Below the pieces are notes generated by a model. That model was not told the DNA's origin. It did no database searches and saw nothing but the letters and a program-made list of their open reading frames with translations. Positions 38,501 to 50,259 of a DNA stretch of 64,000 bases are shown piece after piece. Position numbers and translations under genes: made by a program. Source of the stretch: Antechinus flavipes (Eukaryota); assembly GCF_016432865.1 (NCBI RefSeq), contig NC_067403.1:195610001-195674000 (forward strand), read 5' to 3'. Numbering within the stretch: position 1 is the first letter of the stretch; each line of letters begins with the position of its first letter.

Positions 38501-38830
38501 GGGATTCCAGAGGAGTCCACTTCCTCCCAGATTTCAGATGGGATATGGGAGGGCCTGGAGAGAGGTACAAAAAGTGCTCCCAGAGTTCTGAGAAAGGAGA
38601 GCTGGGTCCCCAGCTTCACCATCAGGTCATTCCCCAAACAAGGGGCGCTGGAAGAAGGGACAAGAAATAAGTGTTTAAATAACTGGTCCCCAGACTGACA
38701 GGGAAAAGGGAAAGTCTCAAAATATTTCCTAAATTTTCCTTCAAATCCCATTACACAATAGGGTGAGGGGCAGGTAGGGCCCGAATACTGAGGCAGGACA
38801 GAGTAAGTGGCTCCTGTATGGAAAAAGAAA
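35560..38830 (-). pseudogene. pol: ERV pro-pol remnant
   Basis: Protease FFHTGATYSVL (D of DTG mutated to H). RT WFSTLELKDTFFC, HLFGQAL and QCVDN (from YVDD). RNase H FTDGS. Integrase DFT, LQSD, HSSWYPQYSGKIEKM and C-terminal KWKGPSWVI. Confidence 0.88.
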
Positions 38831-38949
38831 ATCTTAGCTGCCAAATATAAAATTACTCTGGGTTCAGAAATAGTGATGGAGTTGGGGGAGCTTGGCCAAT
38901 GTCCAAGCCCTATCATTCCTAGTCCTAAGGAGATTAGAAGGCAGGGAAA

Positions 38950-40210
38950 TGGAAGAAAGTGGCTGGACCCCTCCTCCCCCGTGGGCAATTCCTCTTCCAA
39001 TGCCCTTCTGGCTGCACACAGGGTACAGGACTGGGGCTTCGTTTAAGAACAGTTTCAAGATCAATGTCCCTGTTCATGGCACAGAGCACAAATCTCCCCA
39101 CGTGGGGCCCCTCTGAGTGGCCCCAAATCTGAGCCTAGCCTTAGCTCTATGGTCCTGTTCCTCAGTTGTTCAAAAATTCCAAAAGCTGTCTCCAAAAGCT
39201 GGGCCTGGGAAGTCTGAGGACCCCAAAACTAACTTCCGCAGCTTCTTCTGAATTTTTGGGGCAAACTGACTAATAAAATACATGCTGAGGACAGTGGCCC
39301 CTTCTTTTAGAAAAGTCCAAGCTGGTATATGTGAGATCCTCTACAAGTCTCCCTTGAAAAAGGGTGAGATTTTCCTCAGTTCCCTGGGTAACTTCCTTAA
39401 GCTTCCCATAATTAAATCTGATTCTTAATTCCCTTCTTCACACCTTCAATGAGGCAAGTAAGCATATGGTCCCTTCTTTTTCTGTTTCTGCTACCCTCTT
39501 AGGAATCCTACCCAGGGTCTGCAAGTGGGACAGCATTAACCTCTAGGGAGGTATCTACCTGAGGAGGATCACTCAATCATCACCACCAAATTTCCTGGCC
39601 TAAATCCTTAATTCTTTTTCCCTTTATTGTGCAGCAGGAGGAGAAAATTATATTAGCATCTCCTCAGGTAAGATAAAATTGATTGGAAAAGGCTTTAAAT
39701 CCCTCAGTAAAATGAGGTCTTCAGAGTAATGACCAAGTTTTCTCTTCATTTGGGAAAGGTCTGTCATTGAGAAAGGGACATGTAAACTGATTATTCTACC
39801 CTAAGAGTCTGCTACTTCTCTCAGTGGGCAGAGTTTAGGGTGGGGTGTCTGGATCAGGGCATAGAGAAAAGAGAAAATGGATCCTACTCCTTGTATGGGA
39901 GGTACTGAAAAGTGAGTGCCGGGAGGTTATAGAATTCAGCTCAAGAGGTAAGGGTCTGGAAGAACTGTAAGAAGGGGATAGAAGAACTGAGGATATATTT
40001 CTGGACATTGAGTCCCGATCCTAATATGGGAGAGGTCCCAAGAGGAAGTTCTGGGCCCCCTGTTAGGAACTACATAAAGGGCTGGAGAAGAGGGAAAGGG
40101 GGAGATCATGGCCTTGGAGGTGTAGATAAGAGAGGGTCATTTAGGTCAATCTCAATCTCCACCTGCAATTCCTCTCTGCTAAATTTAACCAGCAACATTC
40201 TGCAGCACTA
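38950..40210 (-). pseudogene. gag: ERV gag remnant (capsid MHR and CCHC knuckle)
   Basis: RDHMLTCLIEGVKKG..NYGKLKEVTQGTEENLTLFQGRL (~39330-39460), FISQFAPKIQKKLRKL, and ...GHWKRNCP (~38980-39035). Multiple stops and frameshifts. Confidence 0.8.
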
Positions 40211-40359
40211 ACTGAAATGTGGGGAGGTTGCATAATTATGATTTATTATCAGTAAATGTTTGATTTGTATACCTATTTTATATACCTATATACCCAGGAT
40301 CATGTAAAAATTTCTCAGGCAAAAAAGGGTAGTAAGTGGAAAAGGTTTAAGAAGCCCTG
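40208..40359 (-). mobile_element. Truncated hAT/Charlie-like MITE
   Basis: Terminal CAGGGCTTCTTAAAC (minus strand, from 40359) and an internal sequence recalled as a marsupial Charlie-type MITE. The other end is missing. Confidence 0.5.
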
Positions 40360-40864
40360 GCCTAGAACATCCCAGTGGTAAAGCATCTTCTTCAATGTCA
40401 TACACTGAGAGGAGTGATTATTTTTCTGTTATATTTCTGTTACATATCCATTATTAATATCAGGGTTCAGAGTTTTTCCTCTTTTTAATTCTTCATTTAA
40501 AGTCCTGTGGTCAATCTCTGAAGAATATTTAGGATAGATGAAATTGCCAGGAATTTTCCTCACACAGAGAATCTAATCTAGATGAATATTAGCCCTAAAA
40601 AAGCATTAAACTCACACCCTTGAAACTCTCCACCCTTTCCCTTACATGGTTCAACCTGAGTAGTTTGAATGAGGATAAATTCTTTTATCTGAAGTGCAGA
40701 AAACAACTGAGTTTCGTGATCAAGTCACTTTCTCAAACAGAGGGGCTAAGGACTTTTTAGCCCATACACAACTTAGAAAAAGTCCACCCACCCATTAATC
40801 ATCAATCAATCTGGGCTGATTTTCACTTATCAGGGGCAACCCACTTTTCCAAAGATATTTAAGC

Positions 40865-40994
40865 ATTTGATGATCTCCATGGTTATTGTCTTTGTTATCT
40901 TATGCCTTTAAAAACATTTTTCCAAAAGGGGACCCCCAAGCTTCTCCAGACTACCCAAGGGGTCCATAACAAAACAAAAAGTGAAGAAACCCTG
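40865..40994 (+). mobile_element. hAT-Charlie MITE fragment (MER113-like)
   Basis: ...ggggtccataacaaaacaaaaagtgaagaaaccctg terminus. Related fragments lie at ~25750-25905 and ~52455-52585. Confidence 0.45.
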
Positions 40995-41289
40995 GTTTAG
41001 ACAATCTGGACATTTGCTTAGCTATTTAGTAATTTAAATGTGGAGGGAGGGGAATTTGAGAGGACAGTTATATAGTGAAGTGAATAAAGTACAGGCCCTG
41101 GAATCTTCATGAGTTCAAAATTGGACACTTACTGTGACCATGAACAAGTCACTTAACCCTATTTGCCTCAGCTTTCTCAGCTATATATACAGAAGGAAAT
41201 AGAAAACGATTATGTTTGCCAAGAAAACACAAAATGGAGTCACAAAGAGTCAGACATGACTGAACAACTTTGAGAGTCAGATCTTTGCC

Positions 41290-44200
41290 CAGTGACAACT
41301 AAGATGATGCATCACTGGGGAAAAGAATAAGTTCTATCCACCTTGATGTTCCTGCCACAAATGAAACCAGAAGACAAAAGGAATGGAAGAATTGTTCATT
41401 TATCTCCTTGGAGGAGTAAAAAAAAAGTCAAAGGGAGGTGAACAAGTTGACTTGATCATGCGTTCATAGCCAATAAGAAACAATTGCCATTTCGTGGGAT
41501 ACTCGGATAGCTTATGTTACAATACTCTAGATAAGTTACTTGCAAAAAGACCACTGTAAATTTTAGTTATAACTTGTAAACCAACATCTGGGGCAGAGGA
41601 CCAGAAGGCAAAGAATCTTATGAAGAACTGAATGATACCCTTGAAATTAAATCAACATAGAGTTGAATACACAGTGGCTTTAAAGGCAAGATGGACAAAG
41701 GATAAAACTGAAAAATATATTGCTCATGGCTCAGGAATAAGAAAGAAAAAAGACTAAAGGCTTGTAGAAGCCTCTTGCCAAGTGGGAATATACCTTCAAG
41801 AAGAGAGTCAGAAGGCACTAGACATGATGGGGACCAAGTAACATTACAAAAAATGAAACTGGTCAGGAAATGGTTACCATTGTGAGAATCATTTAGCTGT
41901 CTGCATACAGACTGTTAACTTGTTAGAACCAAGACAAAAATCAATTTAAAAAATTAGAAGAAAGATAAAAATGAGATGATAACACTTCAACAAGTCATTG
42001 AAATGCTTTCAAAAATAGGAAATGGATAAAAGAACAGACATCAATGCAGATTACCACTATTTACTAAGGATTTTTAATCAATGCAAATCAAATGCCACAA
42101 TGAAGAGACCAAAAGACTCTCGAAACCATTTCAGCCAATAAACAGTTGACAACTAAGGAAATTTGGCAGACAAAGACAATATGTTTAAAATGTAAACTCA
42201 CAAAATCTCGGAGAAAAATAGTAGAAGATTATGGACAATATTGCTTCTTAAAACACTGATAAGCAGTGGAAGGAGGAAAAGAAACCCACAGAAAATTGAG
42301 CCAGATTGATCCAACTGAGCCAGATCTGCCTTTTCTTGCCAACAATTTTTTTAAAAGCAGCTTCATCATAAACATGCATTTGTTCAATCATTCCTGTTTT
42401 GTCTGACTCTTTCTGACTCCATTTGAGATTTTTTGGCAAAGATTCTATAGTGATTGGGCATTCACTTCTCCAGCTCCTTTTACAGATGAGCAAACTGAGG
42501 CAAACAAGATTAAGTGATTTGCCCAAGATCACACAGCTAGTAAGTGTTAAGGGGCAGGTCAATTCTCCAAGAGGCTCCCCAGCTATGGAGGCAGCCTTTG
42601 CTGACAAGGTGTTGCGGACTGGGAATGAGATAAATTGGGGGCAGAGGGAAGAACAGAGAGGTCAGACAACTCAACGGTCTTTCAGAGAAGTCAGAGAACA
42701 GCAACAGCCTCTCAGTCTCCTTGTATCATCCTCTCACAAGAGGAGATCCATTCTGGGTTGGATCTCCAGCAGCCATTGTCAGATGGCTCCCGTGTATTCC
42801 AAGAATTAAGTATCTGAGGCTGGATTTGAACTCAGGAAAAGGAGTCTTTCTGACTCTATTGTACAACCTAGCTGACCAAACATGCATAATACAGCCAAAT
42901 AAATTTCCTACATTAGCCATGCCTCCAAATCCCTCTGCCTTTTAACTTTATCACTTTTCTGGCAGAAGGTGACTGGCCTATTTCATCTTCAATTCTCTAG
43001 TCTTGTGGTTTATTATTGCATTGATCAGAGTTCTAAAGCTTTTGAAAGCTGTTTTTCTCTATTATGTTGTCATTATTCTCTTAGCTCTATTCACTTTGAT
43101 CTATATCAGTTCACAGAGATCTTCCCAATTTCTTCTGAAATCATACATTTCATCCTTTCTTACAGCACTCTAACATCCCTATATGAAAATTATATATTCT
43201 ATAATTTGCTTAGTCATTTCCCAATAAGAAGACAACTCCCTAATCTCCAACTTTTGGTTATTATGAAAAGAGCTGCTGTAAATATTTTCAAATATATAAG
43301 TTCTTTTCTTCTTTCATTTAATCTTTTTGGGATATGGGCCTAGCACAATAAATAAGAGAATACCAGATCTTATTGCACTTATCGACCATAAGTTGACTAT
43401 AATACATTTGATTCTACAGAGCAAAATTTGACTACCACTCACATATCAAAATCCAACTAGATTCCTTGAAAGGTGTAGAATCACTTTGATAACCCTCTGA
43501 TTATGGATACCAAAGGAATATAAAACAGAGACATAAACTCTCCAAAGGTATTTTTTAATGTGAAGGAAAATGTCTGCCAAAGAGTCCATACTGAAGAGAG
43601 ATTCCCTGTATACTTCTGTTTATGGATAACCTCGTACTGATTTCATCAAATTCCAAAACACTACAGAGCTTTTTAAATGAGACTCATATTCTCTCAAGTG
43701 TTTTGCCTAACTATCCACACAGGAAACACCAAATGGGTGAATGATGCTTATTGTCCTAACTGTGGTGTGTCTTTGGATAAAAATTCCATTGAACTAGTCC
43801 ATCAGTGAATATATTGTGAACAGATCCCATAGATGGGCAGTGAACTAGTCTGAGAATTGAAGGTGATAAGAACAGGAAGGAGGGCCCTTAGAAATCCTAA
43901 TGAGGACCAAAGTTTTTCCTGACACAAGGTCCACATATCTAACAATGGACCTTTCCGATGATGGAAGTATTATGTATACCTATGCCATGTAATAATATAG
44001 TCTCTGAAGAAAATAAAGTTGGAGCTCACCCAAAGGACAATGAAGAAATACACTCTCAGTATGGGTGGATCCTCACATACTACCAAGAAAACACTCTCCA
44101 AGAGCCACATCATGAGAGATTATCAAGAGAAACAGAACAAGAAAAGCAGGTGGATTAATCAGAGAATTCAAACAAGAAAAGAAACAATGGATAATCCACA

Positions 44201-44370
44201 TAATCTACTCATTCCCAGACAATGTTAAGAGCTCTAGATGAAGACCCCCAGTCTATCAGATGGAGACCTTGTGATTCATGGGAGGATGTGTATGACAAAG
44301 CCAGATAGGTTATAATCTGAACTGTTAAAGGGAGGCCATCAAAGTATCAAAGGAATAAATTACATTTCTA
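41290..44370 (+). mobile_element. Degenerate RTE-clade LINE, interrupted by a SINE and an L1 fragment
   Basis: Endonuclease-like PTSGAE..YEEL segment at ~41570-41700. RT-like (F)xDxxVLI...LTIHTGxTKW segment at ~43600-43740. Confidence 0.65.
42940..43345 (-). mobile_element. L1 3' fragment within the RTE
   Basis: Reverse-complement L1 ORF2 end and 3' UTR (aaagagctgctgtaaatattt, agtcatttcccaat). Confidence 0.6.
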
Positions 44371-45220
44371 CGTTATTCATAAAGTGTCTATCTCACAATA
44401 ACCCTAAGAATTGGACAGCATAATTATCATTACCCTCATTTTATAAATGAGAAATCAGTCTCAAAGAATGGAAATAATTAGGGGCAAAGTCAGAATTTAA
44501 AATCAGTCTCCTCACTCTAGGTTTACGGTTTTGCCTATTATACTATGTTGCCTTCCTATAATATAATGGCTTATATTTATGTGCCATTTTGGCATAGTAG
44601 CCAGTCATCTAGCATTGGAAATAAGATCTCAGTTCAAATTCTGCCTCTGATCATGCTAACTATGTGATCACAAGCAAGTCCCATATCTCTTGAGACTCTC
44701 TTTGTTATTATTGATATTCAGTCATTTCAGTCATATCTTAGTCTTCATGGTCCCATTAAGGATTTTCTTGGCAAGGTACTGGAGGGATTTGCCATTTCTT
44801 TTTCAAGCTCATTTTATAAACAAGGAAACTGAGGCAAATAGAGCTAAGTGACTTGCCCATAGTCACACAACTAGCCAGTGTCAGAAGTTGAGTTTGAACT
44901 CAGGTCTTATTGATTCCAGACCAGGAACGTTATTCAGTGGGACACCTTTAGCTCTCAGCAACTCTCTGAGACTTTGATAACAGAGAAATTGCTTATGCTC
45001 ACTTGGTAGAGGGAATTTCCTCACAGGAGCTCCCTATGCCAATAAAATCACAAGCCCGGTTCTTAAACTACCCTATCCTTCTCAAATCAGCAAGCTTTTT
45101 ACATGCAGTCATAAAATCTAGATCTATGAGCCAAAAGACTTGGATTTAAATCCAAGCTCCCACATTAATTTGCTTTTTGACCTTAGAGAACCCATAACTT
45201 TTCTAAGACCCTCTTTTCTT

Positions 45221-45288
45221 TTTTTTTTTTTACTCTTTTTTTTTTAAATTTTATTTTATTTAATAATAACTTTGTATTGACAGAATCC
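45221..45288 (-). mobile_element. 68-bp L1 tail insertion with 15-bp TSD
   Basis: agaccctcttttctt at 45206-45220 and 45289-45303 flanks poly(T) plus the extreme L1 3' end (ggattctgtcaatacaaagttattatt on the minus strand). Confidence 0.85.
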
Positions 45289-46521
45289 AGACCCTCTTTT
45301 CTTATCTGTAAAACTGAACTAATAATACTTACCTTTCAAAGTTATAATGAGGAAAATATTTTGTACCTCTTAAGGTTTTATAGAAATATGAGTTCTGATT
45401 ATAATTTTTCTCTTTCTCTTTCAACTCCTCCAGTACAATAACTTAAGTCACTCTTTAGAGACTCAGTAGAAGCATCACAATAAAACAAAAGCACTGAATT
45501 GGGAGCTAAGAGACTTGGTAGCTAATCCCAGTTTTGCCATCAATTATGTGAGCGAAGGCAAGTCATTTGCTTCTTCTTCCCAAATCCCATCCCTGCTCCT
45601 TACTAAAACCTCCCTCTGAGATTACTGCTGATTTTTTTATCTTGAAAGCACATAGTTGTTTGCATGTTGCTTTCCCCACTTGAATGTAAGCTCCTTGAGG
45701 GCAGGAATCAAGCATTTGCTTTTCTTCATATCCTGAGTGCTTAGCATAGTGCTCATAACATAGTAGGCACTTAATAAATGCTTATTGACTGACTATGTTT
45801 TAGCTTCCTCCTCCACAAAACAAGAAGCTTGTAGTAGATCTCTGGGTTCCTTTCTAACTCTGACATGCTAAGATCCCTCCAAGCTGAAATGTTTTGTCCT
45901 CCCTTTTATTTTTAGTGAATGCTTACATTGTTCCTCTTTAGCGTTGCCTGAGTGTGTTCCATCCTCTAAAGAGAGAGGATGGTACACGGGACAGAAAGGA
46001 GATAGATTTGGGCCAGAAAAACCTGGGTTCAGATATGTATGTAGCTGTGAAACCTCTATACAAGTGCCTTCATCTCTCAATCTCATTTTCCTCATCTATA
46101 AAATAGGAATAATAGCATGTACTTCTCAGGGCTATTGTGAAGATCAAATGAGATCTTATATGGAAAGCACTTTGCACACTTTAAAACCCCATACAAATGC
46201 TAGCTACTAGTACTATGAACAAAAAAAAATAATAAAAATAAAAGGCAATCTTGTCATAGGATCTTAAAGCTGGAAGGAACTTCAGAAGTTATTGAGCCCA
46301 ATCTCTTCTTTTACAGATGAAGAAACTGAGTCCCAAAGAGGCAAACTGCCTTACCCAACGTTATCCAGGTAGTAATGGAGGCAGCATTTGAACCCAGCTC
46401 CTATAATCTTAAATCCAGTGTTTTTCCCACCATACTTTTCAATTTCCTTGAGGGGAAGATGTCAAAATGCTTTCAGACCCTTCCTCAAGACAAGCCATGA
46501 TTTCATTCTGCAGATACTCAC

Positions 46522-46610
46522 CCTTGTGTCAAGGTTATAGGCAGTCTTCTTCAGATCCTGGAGGGCTCTCTGCATGAACTCAAAAGCATGGCAATCCACA
46601 CAAGGTCGAC
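46522..46610 (-). CDS. NICOL1: NICOL1 (C4orf48) coding exon 2 (89 nt)
   Basis: Acceptor ttttccccAG, then (S)RPCVDCHAFEFMQRALQDLKKTAYNLDTR, then donor GTGAGT. This is nearly identical to the conserved C4orf48 core. Confidence 0.95.
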
Positions 46611-47949
46611 CTGGGGAAAACAGAGAGAGCCCTAAAATGTCAGGGTCAGCTAGAGTATCCCCATTTGGAAAACCACCTTAGGGATCGTCTGGTCTCAGTG
46701 GCTCAACTGACAGAGGAAAGGAGGCAACTATTTCCCCAAAGTCCTTCAGGATAAGTTGGTAGCAGAGCTTGGAGGAACGAAGACCCCAGGTGAACCTGCA
46801 AACATCCCCAGAAGGCTCCTCCTGCATCTGGAGTCACAGTGGAATCATGGGAAGGGAGGAAGTAAAACTAGTTCTGCTTAAAGATAAGAGATAATGGAAA
46901 AGGAGGATCCATGACAACGCAGAGGACCTCAGACATCATCTAGTCCAAATCCTACAAAATGAAGATGCAGCAGCAAATCTAACAAGGAGCATAGATTGCA
47001 GGCTTATAGCTAGAAGAGTCCTTAGTTATCCAAACACCACTTCAAGACTTCCAGCAATGGGAAAGGGGGCTCACTGACTGATAAAATAACCTCTTCTGCT
47101 TTTAGATAGCTTGAATAGCTCCCTATAACAATTTAAAATCTGCATCCTTATAACTTACCCATCTTGTTCTTAATTTTTCCTTTGGGTTCAAGCAGAATAT
47201 CCAGTATGAGATTTGGGATTTCAAGGCAGAGAACCTACATTCAAATCCTCACTATTTACTCTCTGTATGATCTTGAGTAAGCCCAAAATAAATGTTTGTT
47301 GACTGACTGATTAACCTTTCTAAGACTCAATTTAATCATGTATAAAATGAAAAGATTGGACTAAATTACTTTTTTCATAATAGCTTTTTATTTTTCAAAA
47401 TACATGCAAAAATAGTTTTCAACATTCAGCCTTGTAAAACCTTGTGTTCCATATTTTTCTCCCTTAATCTCCTTTCCCTTAGACAGCAAGTAATCCAATA
47501 TAGGTTAAAAACACGTGCAATTCTTCTAAACATAGGACTAAATGACTCCTAAAGATCCAGATCTGGATCTATGAAACTGAAAGTGTCAGAAACTGAGCCT
47601 CAGAGAAGTGAACTTATTTACTTAGCTTGCTCAAGTAGTGACTATCAAAGGCAGAATTTGAATTATTAAAATTAAAAATTAAAATAAAAAAACTAGTGTT
47701 CTTTTTACTGAACCTTTTGGTCTCTGGAAGGGAAAGATATAAAAGCACTTTCCAAACCCTTATTCACTATAAGCCACTATTTCATTCTTGATGCTAATAT
47801 TAATTACTCTTTCCCCATGATAATTTTTTCAGATACTTCAAGATACTCATCTCTTCCTAATGTCTAACCTAGTGATTTCTCCAAACACACTCTAGTTTGT
47901 CAAAATCCTTCTTTTGTTGTTGTTGCTGTACAGATAATCTACGTTAAGC

Positions 47950-48800
47950 TTTTATTTTTTCAAATAATATTTTGTTTTTTCCTAATTACATGTAAAGACA
48001 ATTTTAACATTTTTTTTTAAATTTTGAGTTCCGGGGCAGCTAGATAGTACAGTGGATAAAGCACCAGCCTTGAAGTCAGGAGGACCTGAGTTCAAATCTA
48101 TTCTCAGATACTTAACACTTCCTAGCTGTGTGACCCTGGGCAGGTCACTTAACCCCAATTGCCTCAGCAAAATTAAAAAAAAAAAATAACTAAATAAATT
48201 TTGAGTTCCAAATTTTTTCCCCTTCCTCTTTACCTCCCCACTTCCTGAGAAGATAAGCAATTTAATGTGTAATCATGCAAAACATTTCCATATTAATCAT
48301 GTTGTGAAAGAAGATACAAATCAAAAGAAAAACACATACACACATACACACAAACAAAGAAATTAAAAAACTGTAAGTTTTAATCTGCATTCAGACTTCA
48401 TTACTTCTTTCTCTGGATGAGACCTTTGGGATTGTCTTGGATCAGTGTTTTACTGAGAATAGCTAAGTCATTCTCCGCTATCATACACTACTGCTGTTTT
48501 TATGCACAATGTTTTCCTGGTTCTGCTCCATTTACTTTGCATCACTCAAGTAAGTCTTTCCATGTTTTTCTGAAGTCAGCTTAATCATTTCTTATAGCAC
48601 AATAGTATTCCATCACAATCATATACCACAATTTGTTCAGCTATTCCCTAATTGATGAGCATCCACACAATTTCTATTTTTTTGCCACCATATAAAAAAA
48701 AAGTTGCCATATATATTTTTATAGAAATAGGTCCTTTTCCCTTTAAAAAAAATCTTTTTGAGATATAGACCTAAGAATGGTATTTTTGGGTCTAAGTTTT
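47950..48800 (-). mobile_element. L1 3' region with nested SINE
   Basis: Reverse-complement L1 3' UTR and ORF2 end. Confidence 0.75.
48033..48194 (+). mobile_element. WSINE1-like SINE with 15-bp TSD
   Basis: taaattttgagttcc at 48018-48032 and 48195-48209 flanks ggggcagctag...aattgcctcagc plus an A tail. Confidence 0.9.
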
Positions 48801-49490
48801 ATAGCTCTTTGTCAATATCTTTCTTCAAAGGTGCTCCCAAGTCAATTTTATCCTATCTAGGTACCTGTTTTCTTTGTCCTTTTCCTTTTTTAAAAAGTAT
48901 TTGATAAGAATTGAGTCTTTATACTGTGTTCTTTGAGTGTGAGACATGTTTGAGGAAGTGTAGGCAAATGAGTAGTGAACAAGAATAGCAAGTTGGTGGG
49001 GGTGAGGGGGAGAAGACAATCTGCATATGGAAAAGGAATTCTATTTCAGAGCAAGCTAGAAGGGAGCTGAGAACATCTAGGAAGGGCCTGAGAGCACAGG
49101 AGGCAAGAGTTGTAAGGGCACAGGACATTGAATGCCAGTGAGAGAAAGGTCCTTAGAATGGAGAATGTCAGAGCTGTAAGGGACTTGAGGACAGTGAATA
49201 TCACCACTGGGTGATCTTATTTTAAAGATGGGGAAACTGGGAGAGATAGCCTGTTGAGTTTGGGAAACATCCAGTCTGGCCATAAAATACAGTGTGGGAA
49301 GCTGAATATATGAAATCAGAATAGAAAGCTTTCTTTCATCCAGACTGTTCACCTTAAATGCCAGGCTGTGTAGTCTAAACCTTATCCTAGGAGCAATGAT
49401 GAAATTTTGGAAGATTCTGAGCAGGGAAGGGACAGGGTCAGACCTCTTCATTTGGAAGATTATTCTACCAGTCTATGAAGGATGGATTGG

Positions 49491-50168
49491 TGAAAGGAGA
49501 GGTTAGACTCACCTACAGGAAAATTTAAGGAATTAGGATCCCAGGAGAGGATTCTAAGAAAACGGAAAAGTAAGTCAGAAAATCCCAAGCTCTCCAGATT
49601 TCCCTCACAAACAAGACAAAACTGCAGCTCAGGACTAACAGAGTGGTTAAAAACAAATCAGAGTTGGGACAGAACTATGGTCCCCCTGAGACAATTGAAG
49701 ATCAGAGGAAAGAGATCAATCAGAAGGAGATTTAGAAGTGTAAATACCTTCAGGCTAATTCTGCTGAAGATCTTTGCTAAATTCTCTTCAGGACTAAGCC
49801 CACAATAAAGTATTCTCTCTTTTTCTCTTCCTCATAATGCCTTCCCTTTAATGAAGACTTTTTCCTTATTCTACCTAACTCTGATAAATCTAACCTGCCA
49901 GTCAATGGCTTACTTCCATCTCACAGAGTTATTTCCTTTCTCTTGATTAACTGTGAGTTTCTCTGGGGAACTTGTCTTTTTTCCTTGCTTGCTAACTATA
50001 TAGTTTCCCAATTCTATTTCATATTTGCCACTTCTGGTGCCTACTTTACCTCCTATTTTTGTCTGTAACCTCAAAACCCTAAATAAATCTTCCTTTTGCC
50101 AAAAAGAATGGCCATTGTGAATTTGTCACGTTTATTTCAAACTAGGTATTGCTACCCTGATCTCATCA
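49491..50168 (+). mobile_element. Possible solo LTR
   Basis: Starts TGAAAGG and ends CTCATCA, with AATAAA at 50082-50087, and interrupts L2-like sequence on its left. No matching TSD was found. Confidence 0.4.
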
Positions 50169-50259
50169 GTTCCACTGAAATAATAGTGGTAACTCCTAAG
50201 GTTATCTGGGTTGGTAGATAGTCTCAGTCCCAGACACAGGAACTTTTCCATCCCAAACA

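Larger units (their letters stand above)
34205..40210 (-). mobile_element. Degenerate class I (gamma-like, ERV1-type) endogenous retrovirus in NICOL1 intron 2
   Basis: Collinear gag, pro, pol and env remnants on the minus strand. There is a possible U5 end (...GGAACCCCAACA) at 34205; no 5' LTR or PBS was seen. Confidence 0.9.
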
